From an uncultured Chloroflexia bacterium (GTDB lineage Bacteria > Chloroflexota > Limnocylindria > Limnocylindrales > CSP1-4): a stretch of 64,000 bases of DNA. The translations under genes and the position numbers were made by a program. This document shows positions 32,673 through 41,321 of the stretch, in pieces. Within the stretch, counting starts at the first letter, position 1; the number at the start of each line of letters is the position of its first letter. Under the pieces are notes generated by a model that saw only the letters and a list, made by a program, of their open reading frames with translations, made no database searches and was not told the DNA's origin. The DNA lies in the NCBI GenBank assembly GCA_963707215.1, contig CAVPPB010000003.1:416001-480000 (forward strand). The letters run 5' to 3'.

Positions 32673-33289
32673 GGGGAGGCCCGGCGTCGCGACCACCAGA
32701 CGACGACGCCGGCGACCGCGGTGATGGCGATGGCGATCGGCAGCAGGACCGCCAGCGGGTCGTCCCCGCCAGCCGGCTGGGTCGGCACGGGCGTGGGGCT
32801 CGGGGCCGGCGAAGGTGACGAGGCGGAGCTGGGCGACGGCATCGGCGATGCGCTGCTCGGGGACGGCTGCGGGCTGGGCGAGGGACTGGGTTCGGGCGGA
32901 GCCTCGACCGTGAATGTGTACGTGTCGCGCGCGACGTGGCCGTCGGTCGCGACGGCCGTCCAGCGGACCTCGTAGGTCGCCGGATCGAGCGGCGGCAGGG
33001 CCACGATCATGGTCGTCGCATCCTCGGAGACGTCCTCCGGGCCACCCTCGGCGATCGTCGATCCGTCTGGGCCGACGACCAGGACCGACGACCGCCCGGG
33101 ATCGATCGGGCCGCTGTACGAGAGCATCAGCTCCGCGGGGGAGCCGACGACGACCTCGTCCGGTCCCGGCGACGCCGACACCACCTCGACGTCGGCCAGG
33201 GCCTGGCCGGCAACGACGAGCAGCAGCGCGGTCGCACCGGCCGTCGCGGCCACGGAACGGACGGCGGGTCGGATGGATCGGAGGGGCAC
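32669..33289 (-). CDS. copC: Membrane-anchored CopC-like copper-binding protein
   Basis: Signal peptide, VSASP...V..SP, YEVRWTAVATDGH, Pro/Ser linker, C-terminal TM plus RRR; likely start GTG 33289 after GGAG. Confidence 0.8.
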   Translation of the reverse strand: MPLRSIRPAVRSVAATAGATALLLVVAGQALADVEVVSASPGPDEVVVGSPAELMLSYSGPIDPGRSSVLVVGPDGSTIAEGGPEDVSEDATTMIVALPPLDPATYEVRWTAVATDGHVARDTYTFTVEAPPEPSPSPSPQPSPSSASPMPSPSSASSPSPAPSPTPVPTQPAGGDDPLAVLLPIAIAITAVAGVVVWWSRRRASP

Positions 33290-33348
33290 GGCGAGCGATC
33301 TCCATGCAGACAGCGGGCTCCGGATGGAGGAGCCGCCGGTCATGGTAC

Positions 33349-33380
33349 CGGACGACGGGCGGCAGGCCGCCCGTCGTCCG
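33349..33380 (-). terminator. Strong hairpin between heliorhodopsin and copC
   Basis: CGGACGACGGGCGG / CCGCCCGTCGTCCG 14-bp perfect stem. Confidence 0.55.
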
Positions 33381-33419
33381 CGTGCGGTTCGAGGAGGGTT
33401 CGCTCGCGAGGCCGGTCCG

Positions 33420-34238
33420 CTATGGAGCGAGGGTCCCGAACCAGACCTGCCAGGCCAGGATCGTCTTCGCGAACAGGCTCAGGAACATGTAGGTCCGCTC
33501 GCCGAAGAGGTAGTCGCGCCAACGGCCGACCTTCCGGTACTGCAGGACCATGTTGAAGGCGAAGATGTTGAAGCTGACGAAGAGCGAGATGAAGATCGCG
33601 ATGACGAACCCGGGGATCGGCTCGGCGCCGGGCTCGGTCGCCGCCGTCAGCAGGGCGATGAAGATCACGAGCCAGGGGACGATCCCGGCGATGCAGCCGA
33701 AGATGTAGTGGTTCCACTGGATCCGCTCGCGGCCCTCGTTGGCGGACTCCATGCTCCAGCCGAACAGGTTCATCGCGGCATTCACACCGAAGATCGCGAT
33801 GAGCGTGCCGATCTCCTGGATACCGCTGAGGGTAGCGATGACGACGATCATGACGCTCGACGAGAGCGCGTACTCGACCCAGCGGGCGGGGTTCTGACCC
33901 CGGGCCAGCATCCGGTCGTACCAACCCCGGGCGGGGAAGGCGACCGCGAAGTGGGCCAGGGCGCTCAGCAGGAAGAAGATCGCGACGGCCGGGCCGATCG
34001 GCAGCTCGAAGAGCGTGCGCTGGGCCTGGACGAGCGTCTGCGCCTCGGTGTCGAAGGTCAGGTACGAGCTGACGACCGGGGCCGTCGCGATCGGGTCCCG
34101 CATCAACGACAGGGCCATGACGGCCACGAACTGGATGAAGTGAAGGGACGCCAGCGCCACGTTCCAGCGGAACAGGCTGGCGGCCTGGGGGGCGGGGATG
34201 GTGTCGGGGCCCGCGTTCGCGGGCGCGGCGGCGGTCAT
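33420..34238 (-). CDS. heR: Heliorhodopsin
   Basis: N...A.LHFIQ, SALAH, NPARWVEYALSSSVM, MNLFGW.ME, PW, NMVLQY...GRWRDY..GER.Y..LSLFAK..LAWQ (retinal Lys). Confidence 0.96.
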   Translation of the reverse strand: MTAAAPANAGPDTIPAPQAASLFRWNVALASLHFIQFVAVMALSLMRDPIATAPVVSSYLTFDTEAQTLVQAQRTLFELPIGPAVAIFFLLSALAHFAVAFPARGWYDRMLARGQNPARWVEYALSSSVMIVVIATLSGIQEIGTLIAIFGVNAAMNLFGWSMESANEGRERIQWNHYIFGCIAGIVPWLVIFIALLTAATEPGAEPIPGFVIAIFISLFVSFNIFAFNMVLQYRKVGRWRDYLFGERTYMFLSLFAKTILAWQVWFGTLAP

Positions 34239-34358
34239 GGGCGAACCTCGCTGCTCGGGTGGGTGCGTCGAACCTTGTTCGATGCTTGCGCCCGTCCGGA
34301 TGGTACGCGAGGCCGCCAGGCCCGAGCCCGGAGGGACCCGGGGCACGCATCGGGCGGG

Positions 34359-34434
34359 TGGCGCCCCCGGCAGGATTCGAACCTGCGACCTTCCGCTTAG
34401 AAGGCGGCTGCTCTGTCCGCTGAGCTACGGGGAC
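34359..34434 (-). tRNA. tRNA-Arg(TCT)
   Basis: GTCCCCG acceptor stem, anticodon loop CTTCTAA, GGTTCGAATCC T-arm, encoded CCA. Confidence 0.96.
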
Positions 34435-34480
34435 GCGTTGACCAGTGTACGCGCGGTCTGCACGAACGCTCCGCGCCGGT

Positions 34481-36310
34481 CTAGCGCCGCCGCAGCTCCC
34501 GGAGGTTGTCGATGAGGATGAAGATCCCCAGGCCCACGAGGCCGACGAGCACGATCTCGCGCGCGTAGGTGATCGCCAGCAGGATCGCCGTCACGATGGC
34601 CAGCAGGACCACGACCCGGAGCAGGAGGGTCTCGACCCGCCGCTGGGCGAACGACTCGATCGCGAGGTAGCCGAGGCCCAGCACCATGACCGCCGGCACG
34701 ACAGGGAGCAGCCGGAACCAGAGGATGACGGCCAAGGCGATGACGAGGACCCCGACGCTCAGCGCGGCCCACGTCTCGGCGATCACCCGCCGGTTCGTCA
34801 CCTCGGGCGGCTCCGGCGACGCGGCGTGGGCCAGGTGAGCCCGCGGGTCGCCACGCCAGCCGGCGTCGTAGCGGATGAGCCAGGCGTCCGAGGCATCGAT
34901 GGCCGTCGCCAGCTCGGACGACCTCGACCGGAGCGACGCGAGTCGATCCTCACCGGCCCTCAACTCGGCCGTTCGTCGCTCCAGGTATGCATCGATCCCC
35001 TCGGCGTTGCTGAGGGCCCGGACCTCCAGATCGAGTCCCGGTAGGGAGGCAGCCAGGATGCCGGCCTCCGCCTCGACTTCGGTCCGCTCCCCGCGGAGCT
35101 GACCGATCCGGCTCTCGAGGACCACCCGGGTCCGCGACGGCGTCGGGACCTTGGCCAGCCCGACGAACCCCAGCGGGTCGTTCCACGACTGGCGGACCGC
35201 GCCGGTCCTGGTGTACTTCGGACCAGCTGGGGCCCGTTCGCCGGCCAGCCTGTCGCCGGTGTCGAGACCCCACAAGCCACGGTAGCCGTCGACCCAGGGC
35301 GTGTCGTCACCGATCAGGACCGGGCTCCACTCGACCTCCTGGCCCGGCCCGACGGCCAATCCATCACCCCTGGCGTAGTCGACGAACGGGACGCTGACCG
35401 CGCGCTGGACGGACGTCGCGATGTCGCCCGGATCCGGCTGCCCGAGCGTGTCGCGCCAAAACCGGCGGAGGGCGTCAAGCACCCCGTGGAGCAACTCCTC
35501 GCCGGGGAGCGGCAACCGCATGAGGTACTCGCCGCGCTCCAGGTAGGTGGCGTGCGAGCCTGCCCCTGGGTAGACGACCGGGTGCTCGCCCAGGAGCTCG
35601 AGCCTGGGGTCGTCCCAGCGGCGTCGCAGGTCGTCGCCTTCCTCGTCGTGGGCGGCGGCAGCGAACCAGATCGGTCGGACCTCGCCGTCCGGCAGTTCCT
35701 CGAGGATGACGAACGCCTGCTCCCAGTCGGCCTCGTGATCGTTGGCTCCGTCGAACCCCGACCGCCAGTCGTTCATCGCGTAGAAGAACAGGTACTGAAG
35801 GACCACCCAGCCGGACTCGCGGACGACCCGGCCGTGGTAGGCGATCCGTGGGTCGCGATCCCTGATCGCGTCGTACTTCATCGCCGCCGCGGCGGCCGTG
35901 CCGCCCGGGACCTTGCCCCGCACCAGGAGCGAGGCGACCGATGCGGCGTCGAGCATCCGCGCCAGCAGACCGACGCGAGCCAGCCGGCCCGGGGCGCGGA
36001 ACGTCGGCCGGTCAGAGCGGTTGTTCCAGCGTGTCAGGGCGATCGGGTCGAGAGGCTCCTGGACGAAGCGCATGAACCGGACCTGGCCGGGCGGCGTGCT
36101 GTCGAGCTCGCCGAGGCGATCGAGGGAGAGCTGGCCGACGGCAACCACGACGTCGCGCTCGCGGGCGCTCTCGCCCGACAGCAGGTCGCAATCGGCCACG
36201 TAGCCGTCGGTCGGCATGGGGAAGAACAGCTCACCTTCGGTGAACCGCAGGATCGGCTCGAACCGACGGAGCAGTGCCACGTCGGCGATGGGGTCGAGCG
36301 GGCCGGTCAC
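34481..36310 (-). CDS. Membrane-anchored protein with Vps62/NPP1-like domain, coiled coil and C-terminal TMs
   Basis: LLRRFEPILRF..GE.FFP, LQYLFFYAMNDW..NDHEADWE, HPVVY...GSHA.Y, W..Y.G.WG..P.GP; GTG start coupled to the upstream stop. Confidence 0.75.
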   Translation of the reverse strand: MTGPLDPIADVALLRRFEPILRFTEGELFFPMPTDGYVADCDLLSGESARERDVVVAVGQLSLDRLGELDSTPPGQVRFMRFVQEPLDPIALTRWNNRSDRPTFRAPGRLARVGLLARMLDAASVASLLVRGKVPGGTAAAAAMKYDAIRDRDPRIAYHGRVVRESGWVVLQYLFFYAMNDWRSGFDGANDHEADWEQAFVILEELPDGEVRPIWFAAAAHDEEGDDLRRRWDDPRLELLGEHPVVYPGAGSHATYLERGEYLMRLPLPGEELLHGVLDALRRFWRDTLGQPDPGDIATSVQRAVSVPFVDYARGDGLAVGPGQEVEWSPVLIGDDTPWVDGYRGLWGLDTGDRLAGERAPAGPKYTRTGAVRQSWNDPLGFVGLAKVPTPSRTRVVLESRIGQLRGERTEVEAEAGILAASLPGLDLEVRALSNAEGIDAYLERRTAELRAGEDRLASLRSRSSELATAIDASDAWLIRYDAGWRGDPRAHLAHAASPEPPEVTNRRVIAETWAALSVGVLVIALAVILWFRLLPVVPAVMVLGLGYLAIESFAQRRVETLLLRVVVLLAIVTAILLAITYAREIVLVGLVGLGIFILIDNLRELRRR

Positions 36311-36774
36311 GGACTCGGCATCCCGCCCGACGACCGGGCCTCGGACAGCCCGACCGCCGCGCGCACATCGGTCTGGTTGAGGTAGAGCACGGTGACGACG
36401 TTGAGGGCCATCCAGAGGTGGTTCTCGGTGCCCTGGCTGTAGGTGTAGATGTCGGTCGCCAGGAAGAAGCCCGTGGTCACCATGGCCGCGAGCCAGCCCC
36501 ACCGACGGCGGCCCAGCAGCCCGAACGTCGATGCCAGCAGGGCCGCTACGACCAGGAGGATCAGCACCCCGGCGAGCGGCGTCTCCCTGAGCGACTCGAA
36601 GATGGCCGTCGGCAGCGCGATCAGGCGCCGGAGCGGCCCCGCGTCGGGCAGGATGGCACCCGCCAGGACGAGCACGAGCAGGACGGCCTTGAGGACCAGC
36701 AGCCCGGCCAGGACGAGGATGCCGAAGGGCCGCCGGCCGCTGCGCGCAGCAGCGTCACGCCCGGTGTGATCCAT
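36307..36774 (-). CDS. Small multi-TM membrane protein (DUF2127-like)
   Basis: RPFGILVL, GLL.RRRWGW, N...V.YL....VR. Confidence 0.75.
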   Translation of the reverse strand: MDHTGRDAAARSGRRPFGILVLAGLLVLKAVLLVLVLAGAILPDAGPLRRLIALPTAIFESLRETPLAGVLILLVVAALLASTFGLLGRRRWGWLAAMVTTGFFLATDIYTYSQGTENHLWMALNVVTVLYLNQTDVRAAVGLSEARSSGGMPSP

Positions 36775-36778
36775 GCGG

Positions 36779-37783
36779 CTATGGTCCACCAGCAGAGACC
36801 GGCCCGCTGCCCGCTCTCGCACGGACCGGCACCAGGACCCGCAGCGCGCGCGGTCGGCACTCGGCCTCGAGCCAGCCGACGCCGACGACGTCGCCGTCGA
36901 CCTCCACCGGTCCGTCGGATGGACCCTCGACCCGGACCGTCGCGGCTCTCAGCCGACGGGAACGCCCGCTTCCGGACGCTCCAGTCCGCTTTCGAAGGAT
37001 CGCCTCGAGCCCCCCGCGGATGCCGTCGAGCAGGCCGCTGCCCTCGACGAGGATGACGTCGAGGAGACCGTCGTCCGGGTCGATCGGGAGCGCTGGCCGC
37101 AGGAGTCCCGGGATGAGCTCGCCGCCGTTGGCGACCATCACCTGGATCGCCTCCGTCTCGATGACCTCGCCGTCGGCGGTCAGGCGGACCGGGACCCCGG
37201 TCACGTGACGGAGCATCCGGGCGCCGGTCGCGAAGTAGGCGTACCGGCCGAGACGCCGCTTGGCCGCGGCGTCGGTCGAGGCCATCAGGACGGAGTCGAA
37301 GCCGATCCCGGCCGCCACCGCGAAGATGCGCGGCTCGCTTGCGCCTCCGTCCGCGGTCCCCCACCTCGCCAGGCCGAGGTCCACCGGTCGAGGACAGGCG
37401 TCCGCGATGGCGCGGGCGGCCTTCTCGGCGCCGCGGGGCACGCCGACCGTGGCAGCGAACAGGTTGGCCGTCCCGGCGGAGACGATCCCCAGCGGGACAT
37501 CGCTGCCGGCCAGGATCGAGGCGACGTCGCGGACGGTCCCGTCGCCCCCGATGGCGACGACGAACGGCGCACCGGCCTCGACCGCGGCCGCTACCCGTTC
37601 CCGCATCTCGCGCCGCGACCCTGGGACGACGATCTCCGGCTCGCGGCCGGTCCGGGCCATGACCGACCGGCGGACCTCCGCGATGACCCGGTCGCGCCGG
37701 CGGGGGTCGTCGACGCGGGAGGCGGCCGGGTTCACGGTCACGAGCGCGCCATGGTCGCCAGGCGGGCGTGTCGGTTCGCTCAT
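36779..37783 (-). CDS. Diacylglycerol/lipid kinase family protein (YegS/DagK)
   Basis: VNPAAS, IGGDGT, AGTANLFA, AGIGFD, DDGLLDV, VEVDGD. Confidence 0.92.
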   Translation of the reverse strand: MSEPTRPPGDHGALVTVNPAASRVDDPRRRDRVIAEVRRSVMARTGREPEIVVPGSRREMRERVAAAVEAGAPFVVAIGGDGTVRDVASILAGSDVPLGIVSAGTANLFAATVGVPRGAEKAARAIADACPRPVDLGLARWGTADGGASEPRIFAVAAGIGFDSVLMASTDAAAKRRLGRYAYFATGARMLRHVTGVPVRLTADGEVIETEAIQVMVANGGELIPGLLRPALPIDPDDGLLDVILVEGSGLLDGIRGGLEAILRKRTGASGSGRSRRLRAATVRVEGPSDGPVEVDGDVVGVGWLEAECRPRALRVLVPVRARAGSGPVSAGGP

Positions 37784-37883
37784 GCGGCCATCGTAGCGGC
37801 GGCTCACTGGCCCCATCGGACACCGCCGGCGGGACCCATCGGTCCGGTTGCCCCGGATGCCCTCCATCGACGAGGCTTGACCC

Positions 37884-39962
37884 ATGACCCGACGTAGCCC
37901 TCGACACCGACCGTCCATCGTGGCCATGCGTGCCATGATCTCCGGCCTCGCCCTGACCATCGCGGCGACGATCCCCTCCCCGGTGACCACGACCCAGCCG
38001 ACCCTGGCGGCCGAGGCGCCCGCCCCGATCGCGACCCCTAGGGCAGCCGGACCCGACCGCTTCTCGACGGCCGTCGAGGTGACCCGGCGACTCTTCCCGG
38101 CCGGCCCTGCCCCCGTCGTCTACCTAGCCTCCGGTGAAACGTTCGCCGATGCCCTGGCGGCCGGACCGGCGGCGGCGATCACCCGCGGAGCCGTCCTGCT
38201 GACCCTCCGTGATCGTCTTCCGTCGGTCGTCGAGGCAGAGCTCGTCCGGCTGGCGCCGGCGAAGGTCATCGTCGCTGGCGGTCCGGGCGCCATCTCCAAA
38301 TCGGTCGTGGCCAGGGTCCGGGCGGTCCTCGGTGACGGGGTCACCGTCGAGCGGCAGGCGGGACCGGACCGCTACGAGACCGCGGCCGCCGTCACCGCCG
38401 CGGCTTTCCCGACCGGCTCGACCCCCACCGTCTTCGTGGCCTTCGGCGGTGACTTCCCCGACGCCCTTGCTGCAGGGGCGGCCGCGGCCGGGATCGGCGC
38501 GCCGGTCCTGCTCACGCGGTTCGATGGTGTCCCACCTGCCACGGTCGACGAGCTCACGCGCCTGCGCCCGGAGCGGATCGTCGTCGTCGGCGGCACGGCC
38601 GTCGTCTCGGCCGCGGTCGAGCAGACGCTGGCCGCCTTCACCCCGACGGTCGAGCGGCTGGCCGGACCGGACCGGTTCGCCACGGCCGCTGCAGTCGCGG
38701 CTCGTTTCTTCCCGGCTGCCGGCACGGTGGTCGCCGCCACCGGTCTCGCCTACCCGGACGCCCTGGCGGCGGTGCCCCTTGCCGCCTCACTCGGGGCACC
38801 GATCCTGCTGGTGCGGCCGACATCGGTCCCCTCCCCGACGCGCGACCGAGTCGTCGCCACCGATCCATCCACGATCCTGGCCATCGGAGGTCCCGCCGCC
38901 GTCGCCGGGTCGACCCTCGACGAGCTGGCCGCCTGGGCGTTCGGACGTCTCACGTCGCTCCCGAGCGGGCCGGGCTACCCGAGGTACGACTCGCGCTACC
39001 ACGACGAGCGCGAGATGATCGTCGCCATCCGGGCGGCCGAGGCTCGCTACCCGCAGCTCGTACAGGTGTTCTCGATCGGCAAGAGCCACCAGGGCCGTGA
39101 TATCTGGGCCGCCAAGGTCTCCGACAACGTCGCGGTCGACGAGCCGGAGCCGGAAGTCCTTGTCGACGCGCTCCACCACGCCCGGGAGCACCTGACCGTC
39201 GAGCAGGCGATCTACCTGCTCGACGTCCTGAGTCGGGACTACGCTAGGGACGCCAGGGTGCGCTCCCTCGTCGACGCCCGCGAGACATTCATCATCTTCG
39301 CCCTCAACCCCGACGGCTGGGCCTACGACCTCACCGGAAGCCCGTACCGGGGCTGGCGCAAGAACCGCCAGCCCAACAGCGGGACCAGCTACGTCGGCAC
39401 GGATCCCAACCGGAACTACGACTACCGCTGGGCCTGCTGCGGCGGCTCGTCGGGCAACCCGGCGGCCTGGAACTACCGCGGCCCGAAGCCGTTCTCGGCA
39501 CCCGAGACGAAGGCCCTTGCCACGTTCGTGAACAGCCGCGTCGTCGATGGGCGACAGCAGATCCGGACCCACGTGACCTTGCACACGAACGGCGAGCTGA
39601 TCCTCTATCCCTACGGCTACACCAAGGCCGACGTCCCGTCGGACATGACCGTCGATGACCACGCCACCTTCGTGGCGATGGCCCGGGCGATGGCCCGGCT
39701 GAACGGCTACAAGCCCGAACAGTCGAGCGACCTCTACGTCACTGACGGCGACCAGATCGACTGGATGTACGGCCGCCACCGCATCTTCTCGTTCACCTTC
39801 GAGCTCTACCCGCCCGAGACGGTCGCCAAGCCGAACGATCACGAGCCTCCCGACGAGGTCATCGCGACCCAGAACGCCCGCAACCGTGGCGCCCTGCTCT
39901 ACCTTGTCGAGATGGCCGGCTGCCCCTACGCGGCCATCGGCAAGGCCGGCGCGTACTGCTGA
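37884..39962 (+). CDS. Secreted M14 zinc carboxypeptidase (carboxypeptidase T-like) with three cell-wall-binding-2 repeats
   Basis: 3x (G.DR..TA...F/YPDALAA...PVLL...GG..AV); HHAREH, NPDG, WRKNR, DPNRNY, LHT, FELYP. Confidence 0.9.
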   Translation: MTRRSPRHRPSIVAMRAMISGLALTIAATIPSPVTTTQPTLAAEAPAPIATPRAAGPDRFSTAVEVTRRLFPAGPAPVVYLASGETFADALAAGPAAAITRGAVLLTLRDRLPSVVEAELVRLAPAKVIVAGGPGAISKSVVARVRAVLGDGVTVERQAGPDRYETAAAVTAAAFPTGSTPTVFVAFGGDFPDALAAGAAAAGIGAPVLLTRFDGVPPATVDELTRLRPERIVVVGGTAVVSAAVEQTLAAFTPTVERLAGPDRFATAAAVAARFFPAAGTVVAATGLAYPDALAAVPLAASLGAPILLVRPTSVPSPTRDRVVATDPSTILAIGGPAAVAGSTLDELAAWAFGRLTSLPSGPGYPRYDSRYHDEREMIVAIRAAEARYPQLVQVFSIGKSHQGRDIWAAKVSDNVAVDEPEPEVLVDALHHAREHLTVEQAIYLLDVLSRDYARDARVRSLVDARETFIIFALNPDGWAYDLTGSPYRGWRKNRQPNSGTSYVGTDPNRNYDYRWACCGGSSGNPAAWNYRGPKPFSAPETKALATFVNSRVVDGRQQIRTHVTLHTNGELILYPYGYTKADVPSDMTVDDHATFVAMARAMARLNGYKPEQSSDLYVTDGDQIDWMYGRHRIFSFTFELYPPETVAKPNDHEPPDEVIATQNARNRGALLYLVEMAGCPYAAIGKAGAYC

Positions 39963-40056
39963 CGCCGGGTGACAGCGTCGCTCGAGGGACACTGACCCAC
40001 CGCGGCGAGCGCCACACCGTAAGTACGGGATAAGCGCTGGCGCCTAGGCTCAGGCT

Positions 40057-40150
40057 GGCCCCAGCATGAGCGGCTCGCGGTCCGGGTACGTCCCTCTGGG
40101 GGGAACGCCCGGACGGTCGGGCGCTCGTCGCCGGGGCCGTTCGTTCGGTT
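40057..40150 (+). ncRNA. Candidate small RNA: long imperfect hairpin behind a -10 element
   Basis: TAGGCT(40045-50), 6 nt, then GGCCCC...GGGGCC rod (40057-40138) and a U-rich tail. Confidence 0.35.
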
Positions 40151-40406
40151 GCGCGGGCACGTCACGGCCGTACGCGGACCCCACCGAGCACGGGGTCCGA
40201 CCCCGACGGGAATCGATGCCCGCCTCTCTTGGGGAAGCCCATCGGTCCCGAACCAAGGGCCCGACCGGCCCATGACCTTGCGGCGCTGCGGGACAATGGT
40301 GCCGAGGAGTCGGCGCCTGTCCGGGGCCAACCCGGCATGCGTCGATGTGCAGGCAGCCCGGGACCGGCGGATGCCCTCCGGGCCAGCTCATGGAGGAGGG
40401 CAGACG

Positions 40407-41258
40407 ATGACCTCGACCCGACGGCTCCTGGCCGTGGTGGCCGCCGTGACGATCGCGGTGGCCGCATGCAGCGATGACGGCGGCGGAGGCGACGACCTGT
40501 ACAGCCAGGTCATGGACGCCGGCAAGATCCTCATGTCGACCGATCCGCAGTATCCCCCGCAATCCGAGCTCGCGGCTGACGGCACCTACGTGGGCTTCGA
40601 CATCGACGTCGGGACCGAGATCGCGGACCGGCTGGGCGTGGAGATCGAGTTCACCACGCCGTCGTGGGACACGATCACCGCCGGCTCGTGGAGCGGTCGC
40701 TGGGACTTCAGCGTCGGCTCGATGACCATCACCTCCGCGCGCCAGGAAGTGCTCGACTTCAGCACGCCGTACTACTACACGCCGGCCCAGATGGCGGCCT
40801 CGACCGCCTCCGGCATCACGACCCTCGACGGGCTGGCTGGCAAGACGGTCTGCGTCGGTGCGGCGACCACCTACCTGGATTGGCTTAACGGGACGCTCGA
40901 CTTCGGCACGGAGTCGCCACAGACCACGCCGCCCGAGGGCGCCGAGGCGCAGACCCTCGACACCGACCGCCTCTGCGCCGAGACCTGGAAGGCCGGCCGC
41001 GAGGACTTCGAGGGCTGGCTCAGCTCGTCGACGACGGTCGATTCGGCCATCGCCGACGGTCTCCCGCTGGTCAAGGTGGGCGACCCGGTCTTCTTCGAGC
41101 CGCTGGCCGTCGCCTTCGACAAGAGCGGCCCGGATCCGACCAAGATGGTCGAGGAGGTCAACAAGATCCTCGACGAGATGCGCAGCGACGGGACCCTCAA
41201 GGGCTTCTCCGAGAAGTGGTTCGAGGGCCAGGACCTGACCGTCAAGCAGGGCGGCTGA
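40407..41258 (+). CDS. Polar amino acid ABC transporter substrate-binding lipoprotein
   Basis: Lipobox VAAC; YPP, GFDIDV...IA.RLG, WD....G, SMTIT..R, DFS.PYY, DGTL...SEKWF. Confidence 0.93.
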   Translation: MTSTRRLLAVVAAVTIAVAACSDDGGGGDDLYSQVMDAGKILMSTDPQYPPQSELAADGTYVGFDIDVGTEIADRLGVEIEFTTPSWDTITAGSWSGRWDFSVGSMTITSARQEVLDFSTPYYYTPAQMAASTASGITTLDGLAGKTVCVGAATTYLDWLNGTLDFGTESPQTTPPEGAEAQTLDTDRLCAETWKAGREDFEGWLSSSTTVDSAIADGLPLVKVGDPVFFEPLAVAFDKSGPDPTKMVEEVNKILDEMRSDGTLKGFSEKWFEGQDLTVKQGG

Positions 41259-41269
41259 GCCGCCGATCC

Positions 41270-41302
41270 TCGACGGGGGCGCCAGACCGGCGCCCCCGTC
41301 GA
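41270..41302 (+). repeat. Intercistronic 14-bp perfect hairpin (mRNA stabiliser/attenuator)
   Basis: TCGACGGGGGCGCC-AGACC-GGCGCCCCCGTCGA between the binding-protein and permease genes. Confidence 0.6.
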
Positions 41303-41321
41303 CGTTCCGGAGGGAGGAGCG

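Noticed and set aside
30485-34434. Integrated element at tRNA-Arg (excisionase-like gene nearby)
   Set aside because: No integrase, no duplicated tRNA 3' end seen, no compositional shift.
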